A stretch of DNA of 64,000 nt from Callorhinchus milii (lineage: Eukaryota). The translations under genes and the position numbers were made by a program. This document shows positions 1 through 12,327 of the stretch, one piece after another. Within the stretch, counting starts at the first letter, position 1. Each line of letters begins with the position of its first letter. The DNA is taken from contig NW_024704742.1 in assembly GCF_018977255.1 (NCBI RefSeq), forward strand, positions 33,234,001-33,298,000. Reading direction: 5' to 3'. The notes beneath the pieces are model-generated. The model saw only the letters and a list, made by a program, of their open reading frames with translations. It did no database searches and was not told where the DNA came from.

Positions 1-322
1 GATGTCAAGGAGGACGAGGAGGCAGAGGGAGCCCTGGTCCCAGATGGACAGAATGTCATTAGTCACTTTGACCAGAGCTGTTTCTGTGCTGTGAGCGGCA
101 CGGAAACACGATTGGAGGGGTTCGAGAAGGGAGTGGAGGGAGAGGAAGGAACGAAGCTGGGAAGCAACAACTCATTCCAGGACCTCGGAGGGGAAAGGGA
201 AGATGGAGATGAGGCAATAGTTAGGGAGTAGAGAAAGGTCCAAGGAGAGTTTTTTAAGAATAGGAGTGATGACCGCAGTTTTTAATGGGGTGGGAACAGT
301 ACCAGAGGACAGGGAGAGGTTG
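1..322 (-). mobile_element. L2-clade LINE reverse-transcriptase fragment
   Basis: The minus strand reads KTAVITPILKK...HSTETALVKVTNDIL...LCLLVLLDI; degraded; similar to 4205-4465 and 63515-64000. Confidence 0.75.
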
Positions 323-566
323 CTATAAAAAAAGTTAAAAAAAATAAACCCTCCAGTAAACTCAAGTTAGCTTCACGTGTTTGTTCTAGAGTTACCCTGG
401 TTAATGGTTAGTGTATACTGATCACAACGTCACTTACACAACAGTGACCACTGTTCAAACACTAACTGTTCACACGTCACTAAAGCAGGCAGACCTCCAT
501 CAAGCGTTAGCTGGTCAGTGGTACTCCTTTGCAGGAGAAACAAGAATGCTACAAGCCAACCCAAAC

Positions 567-658
567 CTTTTAATAACTGATCCATCCTCTTTTACAATCT
601 CTTTCTGAACTACATTTGGGATGTAGTCTTTTCCGTGGCTCCCTGCAAAACTTAAAGC
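567..658 (-). CDS. ANK2: ANK2 extended C-terminal exon (ALSFAGSHGKDYIPNVVQKEIVKEDGSVIK-R)
   Basis: cccag|GCT...AG|gtttgg; 92 nt, phase 0 to 2; KEDGS(V/I)IKR motif. Confidence 0.88.
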
Positions 659-729
659 CTGGGTGAAATGGAAGACAATACAAATTTAAAGGAGGTGTGA
701 ATATTACTGCGATGACAATGTGTGCAATC

Positions 730-1850
730 CTTCTCAGTGAAGTCAATCAAAAAGGTAAGCAGGATATTGGGCTATATTGCTAAATCAGTTGAGTTTAGAA
801 GCAGAGCGCTGTCACATTCAGGCTATATAGTGCTCTGATCAGACTGAACCAAGTGCTGTAGAAAACAATGAGATTGATCCTCAGGAATGAGTTTTGAATA
901 ACGATTAGACAAGCTGCTTTATTCAGTCATGAGAGAAGATGACTCAAAGGGAACCTCATAGAGGTGTATAAAATTGTAATGGGATTAAAAAAGTAAACCC
1001 AGAACAATGTTTTAGAATGCACCAAGACTGTAGATCAACAGGACATAGGTTTAGAGTTGCAATTTCAGGACAGATAGCAGGAAGTTCTGCTTTACGCAGC
1101 TTGGCTCAGTGTTGGCACTCTTGCCTCTGAGTCAGAAGGTTGTAGGTTCAAATCCCACATCGGGTCTTGAACTCACATAGTCTAAGGTGACACTCCAATG
1201 CAGTGCTGGAGGTGTGTTGCATTGTCGGAGGCGCTGTCCTTCGGATAAGACTTTAAACCGAGAGCATCTGCCTGTTCTCCCCCGACCCCCAGCTCGGCTC
1301 TGAAACGCTGTACACTGTCCAGCACCTTGGGACGTCCTCCCGACGTGAAAGGCGCTATACAAATGTAATCTTGTTGTTATTATTGTTGTTGTTCAGGTGG
1401 ACATTTAAGATCCCATGTCACTATTTGAAAAGAGAAGGGAGTTTCTCCTGGTGTCCTGACCAATAAATAAATCGCTTAAATAAAATTGTTCACTAACTCA
1501 ATGGCTGTTTGTGGGACATTGCTGTGCACAAATTGCTGCTGCATTTGCCCACAAAATACAGTCACTCCACTTTACTGAATATCCTGCGAGGCATCTCAAT
1601 GACGTTGATAAGGCATTATATCAAATGCAGGGATTATTATTATTATTATTACTTAGAGGGTAATTAATGACTAGAACAAGTTTCCAGGAAAGGTATTTGA
1701 AGCCAGGACACTGGACTCATTTAAAAAGCCACTTGAAAGAATATTATGGGAAGACGATAGGGTGGGTATTCTCAAGGGATGAGATCAGATAGGTTGAAGA
1801 GCCTTCCTCATGCAAACTGATCTGGTGAACTTACGAAAAAAAAGATTGGT
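730..1850 (+). mobile_element. CR1-type LINE 3' fragment split by a SINE (LINE parts about 730-1099 and 1652-1850)
   Basis: CR1 ORF2 C-terminal motifs (GNLIEVYKIV, GHRFRV, FTQ) resume after the insertion; boundaries approximate. Confidence 0.65.
1100..1651 (+). mobile_element. tRNA-headed Deu-domain SINE containing an inserted L2-like 3' tail (about 1279-1393)
   Basis: A-box TGGCTCAGTG, B-box GGTTCAAATCC, Deu-type core (gacactccaatgcagtgctg...gtcggaggcgctgtccttcggataagactttaaaccgag), shared 3' module and (ATT)n tail. Confidence 0.75.
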
Positions 1851-2435
1851 GCAATGATCATATCTTTCCAGCAAATCAAAGTGGAGGTGCTGTGTCATTG
1901 TGATCAGAATAGGATCTCCGACTGTATGAAAAGCTTTAACGCTGCTTTTGAGACAACCATTAGCCACATCAGTTTCTACCTTATACAGATAGCACCTTAT
2001 TACATCTATTTTAAACGCTCGAGATTTGAAATACCTGAGGCAAAATATACTGAGGTTTTGCATTCTGAGGTGCAAGTAGTGCACACAATATTCAGCAGAT
2101 GGCATCATGGAGTGTCTGGAAATTATTCAGGTGAAGTGCTGCAATGCAGGGCTTTCACTTGGTCAGTCAATTATTTTCTATTTATAGTTTTGTTGTTTTG
2201 CCATGCCTCTGATGTTTTACAATGTATCTCACTTATCTAATGAACACACCAATAACCTGATCTTGCAGGCGATCACTTAGAGCAAAGGGGACGTATTCCT
2301 CAAGACCCACCTTATAACAACTTTGTTTACAAAATGCACTGCACAGAATTTTAGTCTGAGTTACATTTCGCAGCATAAACAACGCAGGGCAAGAAATTGA
2401 ACATTGAACATTGTGAGGTTCTAAATCTTTCGTAC

Positions 2436-2615
2436 CATATTGAAATCATCTTTGGCTGTGGGAAGGTCAGAGGATAATTTGGGGTCGCCCAGGTGTTTCT
2501 CCATTCTATCCCCATGGACCACGGTTGTCTTGACGACTCTGCTGACTTTGCGACCTGCAACTTGCTCTGACTGGAATTCAGAGCCAAAGGCCACTTGTGG
2601 TTCTGAGAAGGTTAC
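2436..2615 (-). CDS. ANK2: ANK2 extended C-terminal exon (VTFSEPQVAF...KVSRVVKTTVVHGDRMEKHLGD...AKDDFNM)
   Basis: ctacag|GTA...ATG|gtacga; 180 nt, phase 0-0. Confidence 0.9.
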
Positions 2616-2659
2616 CTGTAGATACAAATACAGGCCTTTACGTTATTAATGCAGAATAC

Positions 2660-2900
2660 AACCCAGTCAATCGGTGGATGACTTTTCCAGGGGTAACAAT
2701 CCCTTCAAAAAAAATAATAATTTGGTCACTCAGTCCATTACTGTTTGTGGGATGCTGCTGTGCACAATTGGCTGCTATGTTTCGCCCACAAAAATATTGT
2801 CAATTCACTTTACAGTATATTCTGTGAAGCACTTTGGTGAGACGTCTCAAAGACGTGATAAGGCACACAATATCAAATGCCAGGATGATTATTATTATTA
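2660..2900 (+). mobile_element. SINE 3' module (local family)
   Basis: ttggtcactc...ctgtttgtggga...caattggctgc...tatcaaatgc...(att)n, repeated at many sites in this window. Confidence 0.75.
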
Positions 2901-3548
2901 TAGAATAACAAGCAAAATCACTCTTTCTTAGAAATATAAATAGATGCTACTCCAAATGAAATAGCTCCAATGGCTCAGTCGCTAAAGGTAATGTCCATGT
3001 GACCTGAACATGCAAATTAGAAAGGTCTCAGATTCTGTGCCTGATTTTGTGGTCATTTAGTTACTTAAAACTGGAGTCACAGTTGGCCACTACAATTCAC
3101 CTCTGGATTTCTGGACTAGGGAGTGGAAAGAAATGAGGATTTTCTCCTCCCGTTCACTGTATAGTGACATCTGCTGGAATGCATAAATGTAATTGAGATC
3201 TGCTGACAAGAATATGATTGAGCATGGCTATGATGCTACTATAGGCTGTAACACTCACTGCTTAGTTGAAGAATGATCACTGAGGCAATGTTGGATCAAT
3301 GGCATCAAGAGAGGCAATCCAATGGATTACCCAAGAAATTTAAGAACAGAGATTTGTATAATCTGTAATTATGCTGCAATGTTGAGAATCAATGTAGAAT
3401 TGAGCTCAGACCTGATTGACTGAACTACTGAAATTTTAGTACAGAATTAGCACTAGTTTTGTATCAAATTAACAGGAACGTATGTAAGGCATTAATTCAG
3501 GAAAAAAAAGGACAAATCTCAAGTTATGAGTAGAGGGCTAAAGCTAAC

Positions 3549-3713
3549 CTCACTCTGCTCACTGTCACTTTTCAGTACAGTTCTCTTTAAGACTTTTGAA
3601 TACTCATCGCCATCTTCAATTGTGATCGGTTTCTGCTCTTCCCCTTGCATTACCACCTCCTCCGTTTCAATACCATCAGGTGAAACTATGCGTCTGATGA
3701 TTTTCCTGGTAAC
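3549..3713 (-). CDS. ANK2: ANK2 exon ([19 protein letters not shown]...[13 protein letters not shown])
   Basis: tttcag|GTT...GAG|gttagc; 165 nt, phase 0-0. Confidence 0.94.
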
Positions 3714-3854
3714 CTGAAAAAAAAGGAAAAAAATGGTTTATTCACCATTTTTATAGCAACTTTTCATGTCAAATAGTTTCAAATCACTTCACATGTAATT
3801 CCTGTCAAATTTAGTGTTTTTTTGGGAAACAGACATAAGGTCCACTGGCGGGTG

Positions 3855-4165
3855 GGTCGGTAACCCGAGGACACCAATTTAAAATAGTTGTTAAAAGAAA
3901 CAGAAGGGAGGTGAGGAGAAATTTTTTTACACAGCGAATTGTTCAGATCTGGAAAGGGTGGTGGAAGCCGATTCGATAACAACTTTTAAGAGAGAAGTAG
4001 ATAATTATTTGAGGACAAGTTTGCAGGGCTATGGGGAGTTAGCAGGGGATTTGAAAGCTCTTTACAAAGAGCTGGCACAGACACGGTGGGCTGAATGGCC
4101 TCCTTCTGTGCTGTATAATTGTAATGATTCTATGATATGAATGATATAATTGTAATGATTCTATG
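3855..4165 (+). mobile_element. CR1-type LINE 3' end
   Basis: TRGHQFK-, FFTQRIV- and FKREVD-type motifs followed by the tail gggctgaatggcctccttctgtgctgta and short terminal repeats. Confidence 0.7.
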
Positions 4166-4204
4166 AAGGTGAATGGCTAAAAGGTATAAGCACAAACACT
4201 TTCT

Positions 4205-4465
4205 CTTATTGACAAAATATCATTTGTCACTTTGACCAGGGCTATTTCTATGCTGTAGGCCGCATGGACACCCGATTGGAGGGGTTTGTGAAGGGAGTGT
4301 CGGGAGAGGAAGGAGCGAAGCAATGACTTGTTCCAGGACTTCGGAGAGGAAAAAGGAGGTTGGAGATGGGGCAGTAGTTTGAAAGCAGGAATGGGACCAG
4401 GGAGGGTTTTTTGAGGATAGGAGTGATGACAGCCATTTTTAAAGGGGTGGGAACAGTGCCACAAC
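4205..4465 (-). mobile_element. L2-clade LINE RT fragment
   Basis: AVITPILKKPSL...NYCPISNL and ALVKVTNDIL in adjacent frames. Confidence 0.75.
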
Positions 4466-4768
4466 CTATGCTATACAAACAAAACCTTTACATATGTGGA
4501 ACTCTCAGTAATTTGATCTTAACTATGGCGCTAGGCTTCTATTAGATACCTGGCTGACCAAAAATAGACAACCCACAACTCGCTGACCAGATACAAGAGT
4601 GCTAGAAACAACACCACCTCTTCATCTCTTCATTTTACAGCACCAATAAGCATCACTTTGCTTTTTAATCATCAAGTCAAAAGATAAATTGTCTCCTTGT
4701 CCCTGCCTAGGTATAATTAAAGAAAAGAAAAGGTTATACAGAGCTTATTTGCCTCAGTAATGCAATAC

Positions 4769-4852
4769 CTTTTTCACAACAATATTTCCATGTTCATCTG
4801 TATATTGTTCTTCTGTCACTGTCTCTGGTAGAATATCAGGCATGTCATCAGC
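4769..4852 (-). CDS. ANK2: ANK2 exon ([28 protein letters not shown])
   Basis: gctag|GCT...AAG|gtattg; 84 nt, phase 0-0. Confidence 0.93.
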
Positions 4853-6311
4853 CTAGCAAGTGAATTACACTATTAATACTTTTACTTAGATAACCTAGAA
4901 TATATACTATACGAATCGTCCCATGGGGCCAAAAATGCAAGCCATAACAGGATTATCAAATAATTTGTAAATATTGAATCTTTCCAGTAATCAGGTGTGC
5001 CTCCCACCAATCCACAGAAACTCTACTCCGAATCAAATGCCTTCCAAATCCTGCTGTGAACCCTGCAATTTTGACCGCTATGTAACGATTATATTGGGAA
5101 GGAGGGAAACCATGCAGGTTTTCACTTTATCCACTTTAACTCCTAAGTCCCAATACTGCTTGCATTTGTTTGATATGGTGCCTTGTCACACTGAAACAAG
5201 TCACGGCGCTTCACACAATGACTCGAATGAACCAAAGTGATTATTGTTCTGTAGGCAAATGTAGCTACTAATTTGTGGCAGTAAATACCCCACAACATGG
5301 CTCATAAACATTTGTAATCTTTTTGTGAATTTGAATGAAGGAAGAATATTTGCCGTGATACTGACCAGCTCTTATTCAAAATAAATCTATGAGAGCTTTA
5401 ATACCCTCTAGCAGAAAAGGTGGGAAGAACCTTGAGTTGATATCTTCTCTAAAAGGCACTCCCATTAGACTGTCAGTAGCAAGATCCTGTCTTAACTCTG
5501 ATCATTTTAGGTAACATGGTATTTTTCAGCCTAATGCTGTGATCAGTCAGTTGGACACCCAACGCATGGCTTCTTGGTTCAACCATTGAAAAGGTCATGA
5601 AATCAATGTCTGAACTCCACCAATTTGCATTTTTAACACGTTTTAATTAGCACCACCAGTGTTAATTCACACATCACACATTGCAAGTTTCACCCCAAAG
5701 ATGCTTAAGGAAGATTTGAAGCCTGGAACACTCTGTAAACAAAGGAGCAGCTCTCAACAAGCTGTTGTTGGCTTTTTAAAGAGAGTGGAGCTCTTACCAC
5801 CTGGTTTCTGCATCAGCTGAAAAACCGAAGCCTGGTGTGGTCTCTGTACATGTAATTTCCTTGCTTTTTTCCTGATCTTACGGGGTCTCTGAGTCAAAAG
5901 CCAGGGATAGGTATATGTTCTGACAGGGGAACATTCTTCGTTTACACTTACGCACAACTTTGTGATTAAATTTATGTCAAAACATTCAGGAAAAATACAA
6001 GAGACGTTATCGGTTTGCTCCATGAGAGCGGGCACTTTGCATATTGAGGCAAAACAAAATAAATCTCAAGCGTAGACAAGAATTGCTTCCTACGTCTTTA
6101 AACTGTGAAATTTACCAAAGTAAAGATTCCAACCAGTGCCAAGAGCTGCAGTCACACACGACAAGCCACACACAATCCTAACATGCATTATTGAATAAGC
6201 GTCGGCAAAATGGATTTAAGGCAACTATGGTCTAGATCCAGAACTGGTGCAATCCGTCGCTACTCTTGTGTTGATTTAAAGGCAGAATCCAGCATTCCTC
6301 CCACTGGGTAC

Positions 6312-6401
6312 CTGAATGATAACCCGTCGCCGGATGACCCGGGTAGTTACAGTCTCCTCATCTGAACTGGTCTCCACTTCCCCCAATTCTTCTGCTATCT
6401 C
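6312..6401 (-). CDS. ANK2: ANK2 alternative exon with obscurin-binding-type motif (EIAEELGEVETSSDEETVTTRVIRRRVIIQ)
   Basis: caccag|GAG...CAG|gtaccc; 90 nt, phase 0-0; TTRV(I/V)RRRV motif typical of muscle ankyrin isoforms. Confidence 0.9.
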
Positions 6402-8298
6402 CTGGTGAAGGCAGGGAAGCAGACAGCATTGCAAAATCTGACAGACTTGAACCCCCCCACACTATTATTCGCCATAGGTTTACCCATTTTAGGTCTGTAA
6501 TTTGCTATAAACTGTTTTCGGTTGAGAGGTTATTTCATGCCATCTGTAGGTTGATTTAAATGCTGGATTCTTGGTCCAGCCTTCAAAATCTGCATCCTCC
6601 TGTCACTTGAGATGCAAGTCAGTCATTTCTGTGAATTTCTCGTGAAGAGCATTGACAAGGCAAAACATTTTCTATTGATAGTATCTTCGCAACAAGATAA
6701 CAATGGTAATGTCACTGGTTTTTAAATGATTCTTGTTTCCTGGGTGTACAGGCAAGTTTATCTTCCATTCTTGGTTACACTCACACCAAGGCCCAAGTAC
6801 AGTCAACCTGCTCATAGGCTTCCTTCATTATTGCTATGAAAAGGCCACTAGAATCAAGCCCAAAACTCGTTGCTCTTACCTGGCCAGAGACAGCCTGTTC
6901 TAAGTAAAAAACAAGTGAGTCAAACAACCATTACAATGCTGTGTCTGAAGAAACTCTCATAGCTCTTAAATTTAGTGGACATAGCCTCCAACGCTTCCTC
7001 AGTAAAGGTAAAACTACTGATTCCTAAAAGCTGCCCTGAAACATTTCCTGCTAAGCACTATTTCTGACGAGTAAGTGACCACTTTGTATTAAGTGAATTA
7101 CAAACATTAAAAGGTTTTCACTCTATATGCCACTTCATCTCCACTGCCTATCCCACCTCAGAAACATTTTCTGCAGGTGAAGTTAAGTTGAATTGAATTT
7201 CAGCTAGTTCATAGTTCTCTATGAGTTCATTCGCTATTTAGCAAAGCCACTTTCCTCCACACTGTCCAGTGAAACAGGAAAACTCGAGAAGATTTTCTGA
7301 TCGTATGAACAAATACCTGCATGGTATTTGCCTTGCAGTTAAAGATAGCAGTAATGATTCATTTGTTCCAGTATCAAAGTCAGTGAGGATCTTTACTTTA
7401 AAAATGATGTGATCAAATTAATTTAGTTTTGTCAAAAATAAATATCTGTCAACATGCCTAATCTGCTAGATATTGAGCAATTTAATGGTCCATTCAATAT
7501 TTCGCACAAAGACTTTCAAAAACTGACATTCCGATAACCAGCAGTTATGCTACAATCTATTGCTTGGATGTGCAAAGCTGTGGGTGCATTACACTAATGA
7601 TTGCATTGGTAGGTCCATTTTCCACACATCTGTCTATGCTCAATGTAATGTGTATTGAATGTACTATTAGACTGACCCCCATTGATCAAATGGTTACAAA
7701 AAAAAGAAGCACAAACATTAACATCATGGGCATATTGTCGATGCAGAATTATGCCTAATTCTGCATCAATAAATCCGCTATCGCCCTACAAAGTTCATTT
7801 CACTCTCACTCATTGTTTGTACTTAACTAACTTTAGGTTAATTTAATTGATTCTCCTATCTACTGAGCTGTCCTTCGACACTCTTGATGCTCATTTTCCT
7901 CATGCTTTGCTGAGAAAGAGAACACCAGAAAATAATGCCACAAAACCTACTCAGAGAGATGTATTTTTCTTTAAGAAGTATCGTTCTACTGAGAAGGGAG
8001 CTCCGGGCCATAACTACGCTGAGGAGAGGAACATCCAATGCTTTGGTGGTGGAGATAAGACCTGCTTCTGTCTAGCCTGATCTCCTAAGCTGTTAGTTCT
8101 TCCCGAGAGAATGAAGCTCTTTATCACCCAATCTCTGCATCAGCTGAAAACCAAAAGCCTGATGCATGAATAGACATAGCATCCATTAGCAGAAAATCAA
8201 ATCACAAACAATAACATGGCTTTGCATGGTAGAAATAGGTAAACATCCTGTCCTTGTGTTACTCTTCCTACTTCATAAGGGTCTTACTACTGTATTAC

Positions 8299-8518
8299 CT
8301 TTTCCAGTGATTCCTCAATGGTTCTCTCAGAGACCTGTGGATGTTCCTCTGTTGTTTCCATTATAGTAGGGCCAGCTGCCTGTGGAGCTTGCACTCTCTC
8401 CAACATCTGAATTTCCTCAGGCTCCTGGATAATGGGGCTTTGTTCCTCTATCCTCAGCTTGGTTACTGCAGTGTCCTTCGTCTCTGGCTCCTCGTCTTCA
8501 GCCTCAGGGCTGGTCACT
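8299..8518 (-). CDS. ANK2: ANK2 exon, C-terminal domain (VTSPEAEDEEP...SPIIQEPEE...ESLEK)
   Basis: tcacag|A...AAG|gtaata; 220 nt, phase 2 to 0; SPIIQEPEE motif. Confidence 0.88.
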
Positions 8519-9172
8519 CTGTGAAATGGAATTTCATATCATGGGAATATTAGTTATTTGGACATTATTGACTACAGTAGAGATTAAATGTTAGCTTTTG
8601 GAACTCTTCCACTGCTCACCATCCTTCACCTCTGCAGTACCCACTGGCCTTATTCAGATTCAGCCTAAACTTAAAAGCTGGTTTCCCCGCAGGTCTTAAA
8701 AGAGAACCAGCTTCCAAATTACGACAAAGTTACAGAAGCTTCCAAAATTCTGCATGATTGCATCATCTTAAATTTTACAACAATGGTCTTTAAGACTAAG
8801 ACCACGTGAAATGCTGAGCCTCAAATATCTGTGTGTCTAACATGCCGCCCTGGTGTTAATGACAGGAGCATGTAATATATGCTATCCAATTGGAAATTTG
8901 GGTATTCCACTCACTCATATTTCTCACTCCTTGACTGAACCTGCAGGATGCTGATTTGAGCTTTGACAGCCACCACGTGAAGAATTGAAATCTCTACACA
9001 CCAGGCAGAAATAGTATTGGTGTCCCAATGTCCCAACACATACGTGCAATTATTTAATATCTTCGTTCAAAGTTAAAATTTACTAAAATGACAACTACAA
9101 TTTGAAACAATAACTGAACAATGCTATAGTTCCTTTTCCTGACTATGAGCCAGATGGAAGACGAAAGCTTAC

Positions 9173-9497
9173 TTGGGTCCTTCAGTCTGATTGTCAGGAA
9201 GTGGCTTCTGCTCCACCTCAACCTCTCTTTCCTTTTGAGTTTGTTTCAAGAGCTCCGAGATTGATAGTTCTTCCCCTGATTCCTCAAATTCCTCCTGCAG
9301 CTTTGTTCTGATTTTGGGGCTGGCTTCCTGAGATCTACAGTAACTGATGGATACATCTTCCTCAGAGACGAGTGGAGGTTGTGCTTGAAAGCTGTCGACT
9401 TGTTGATCATGTCCTACTCTGGCTGAATCTTTAGCTTTTGTGTGCCCAAACCTCATTGCCTTTGAACTATAGAGATCTTCAGACAGAGCAGAGAAAC
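9173..9497 (-). CDS. ANK2: ANK2 exon, C-terminal domain (GFSALSEDLYSS...PPLVSEEDVSISY...TEGP)
   Basis: cctag|GT...AA|gtaagc; 325 nt, phase 1 to 2. Confidence 0.88.
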
Positions 9498-10128
9498 CTA
9501 GGCGTAGAAAAACAGCAGCAGGTTTTAAAAGTGTCTAAAGCAAGCTGTCATTATATAGCATTGGAGTAATAATGAGTTACATTTTGTTCCCTGGATGTTT
9601 TAAATTCAGGGATAAACACCACCTGCTGTTCTCTGTGAACTTGGTTATAAATAACTTTAATGAGATTTTATATTCATATATGTAATTTTATTATCGAATT
9701 TTGATTAGTTATTTACATTACAAGCGCACAGCAACAAATTCAGGCTATTATCACTCACAAACAAAATGGTTATTCCTACCTGCACTCAATTAAAAAACTA
9801 AATTATTCATTAAAATACTGGGTCATAACAAAAATACTGTAAGTCTATTCAAATCCATTTTGAAGTAAAAATAAATCAAAATATTAGTTTTACAAGCAAC
9901 TCACCATCCATTCATTTTGGGTCTGTATTTCAGTCAGACACAATCATATCCCATTAACATGATATTATTGACAATGCAACCAAAAAATACTCTTCATAAA
10001 AATAAGAGAAAACAATGCATACCTATCTACTTGCACTCTGTGAAAGACCAGTTTGGTTTTTTTAAGGCAATTTGTTATCATACAGGTGCTTATATACAGG
10101 TGCTTTTATAACTGCAGCATATGTTTAC

Positions 10129-10275
10129 CTTCACTGTGGTCCAGCGCTATGGTCTGTTCAATTTCTGCGTAAGTGCGAGAGAGATGTTCTCTGCTGGGTG
10201 AGGACTGTGTGGTTTCCAGCAAGTTGATAATATCCATGCGATTAATTTTGGTAAGTGTCTGCAGTAACCTTTCAT
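10129..10275 (-). CDS. ANK2: ANK2 exon, death domain end ((D)[20 protein letters not shown]...[14 protein letters not shown])
   Basis: ttcaag|AT...G|gtaaac; 147 nt, phase 1-1. Confidence 0.94.
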
Positions 10276-11496
10276 CTTGAAATCAAAGGCAGAAAAAAGT
10301 AAATGGGGAAACAGCTTCGCAGAAATCATGGCTTTACACTACACCTGTTAAGGAACTGAAGAAATCTTCAGGTTGGGAAAATTGTAGATTAATTTATGGC
10401 AATGTGTAACAGGAGGTAAACTAATAATGTAGAATCCAGCGCTAACCAGAAATCTATCACAATGATCCAAGCAAATTTGAAGTTATCCCAGGCACGTTAG
10501 AGGAGGCTTGTCATGGGTCAGAGACACATTTTCAGATCTAACTTGGAATTGCAACTTGAAGTTGATATTAACATCTTCTGTTATGAAAGCAAATTAGATT
10601 CCTTTATTTCATTTTTGTCTTTTTAATCCACTTAACATGCATTAGTGTTAACATCACACATGATATTGCTTTTTAAACATTTTCTATCTCAAAAGGTGAA
10701 ATAGGTTCATCAACAAAAAAAATGCTTTAATGGATGCATCTTGTGATGTGCTCTCTGCACCAATATTAATTCAATTTATTGAGTTTATTGCTGACCAAAA
10801 CAATTCTCTTGCAGACCCCTCTGAAGACTATTTCTCCGGTATATTGGCGCTTCCTGGTATCTGCCTTTTCACAACCTTGACCCTGTGATCTTTGAATACA
10901 AGATTTATGTTTAACTGGTAATGACTGTTTAATCATCATGACTGTTCTTGCAGGCAAACATGGCAACCAATTTGTAATTAGGTCCAACAAGCAGTCAGTG
11001 GTAAACTATTAATCTGGAGGATTACTGAACAGTGAGCAGCTATTTCCTCTGGCAAGAGAATTGAAGACTATAGGCCATAGTCTGAAACTTGAGGCTAAAC
11101 GGCTTTAAGGCAGCAGGTCGTGGGAGTGTGGAATTGAAAAATTTAAAAGGCAAATAGATAAATACGAGATAGACAGGGATTGCAAGGTATATGGAGAGAG
11201 GGCGGGGAGGTGGAATTGAGTTGCACATCTGCCGTGATCCGGGGAAATAGTGGGAAAGGCTTGATGGGCTGAATGGCCTACTTCGTTTCCTATGTTGTCC
11301 AGGACACCACAAAAAAACTCCTTCCTCTTCAAATAATGAATGGGATCACAAACATTATCACTAACAAACCTTATCCTGACACGACATAGAGATGAAATTA
11401 AAAACTAGTCCATCACAGTACAGTGTACACATTGTTTAAACTTATTATTTTTCATATTTGTTCCAGTGAAGATGGTTCCAACGAAGCACAGCTTAC

Positions 11497-11628
11497 CTGA
11501 AGCATACTTGCCATCTCTTTCCATCCAATATTTTAGTAGTGCATGACTCTGGTCCACTAAAGAATTGGGGTTTTCAATTCTGATCTGATGGATCTGTTCC
11601 TCAGTGAAATCCAGTTCCCTGGCCAGCT
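11497..11628 (-). CDS. ANK2: ANK2 exon, death domain ([44 protein letters not shown])
   Basis: tttcag|AG...G|gtaagc; 132 nt, phase 1-1. Confidence 0.96.
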
Positions 11629-12327
11629 CTGAAAACAACAGGAATATATTTGCAAACACTATTTACAGATCCCATTTTGTTTTCCTTTCCCTGAGCTTCA
11701 TCAAGACTATTTTAATAAAATGTGGCAAGTTGTTTGAATGAAAGCTTACCGGGAATGACAATCTACCTAGTGTAATGGATCATTATAAAACCTTACTCTT
11801 CAGCACTAGATCATCATTAAACCTCAGAGGCCTGAAATAAATAAATCTTGCATTTGATATCATGTCATCAAAACACCTCAAAATCCTTCCCAGTGTCTAC
11901 TTTAAATGTAGTGACTGTGTCTTTTATATGATGAACATGGCAGCTAATTGGCAAACAGCAACTTCCCACGACCAGCCATGAAATGAATGATCAATTCAAT
12001 CTGGGGGAATGTTGGCCATTCACTTCATAGCTATTTGTGAGACATTGCTGGTGCGTAAATTCATTGCCACGTTCGCTCTCAAAAATACACAGTAACTACA
12101 CTTTACAACAAAGCCTATGAAGCGCATTGAGATACCCCCCTGTTGTGAATGGTGCTTTATCAATGCAAGGAATATTTCCATTTATTTCTTAAAAGTAAAA
12201 GAACTGGCGATGAGATGTGGCAGTGTTTAGTGACGTCAGTGTGAAGTTTGTGTGGGAGAAGTGGAAAGAGTAGGAAGTGTGCCTGAATAATGAAATCTAT
12301 TCAGTGGTCTCTCACAGGAAGACACTT

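Noticed and set aside
6402..6480. sAnk1.5-like transmembrane N-terminus contiguous with the obscurin-binding exon
   Set aside because: The upstream frame (…CQILQCCLLPCLHQ) has no in-frame ATG before stop codons, and the nearby ATG is out of frame.
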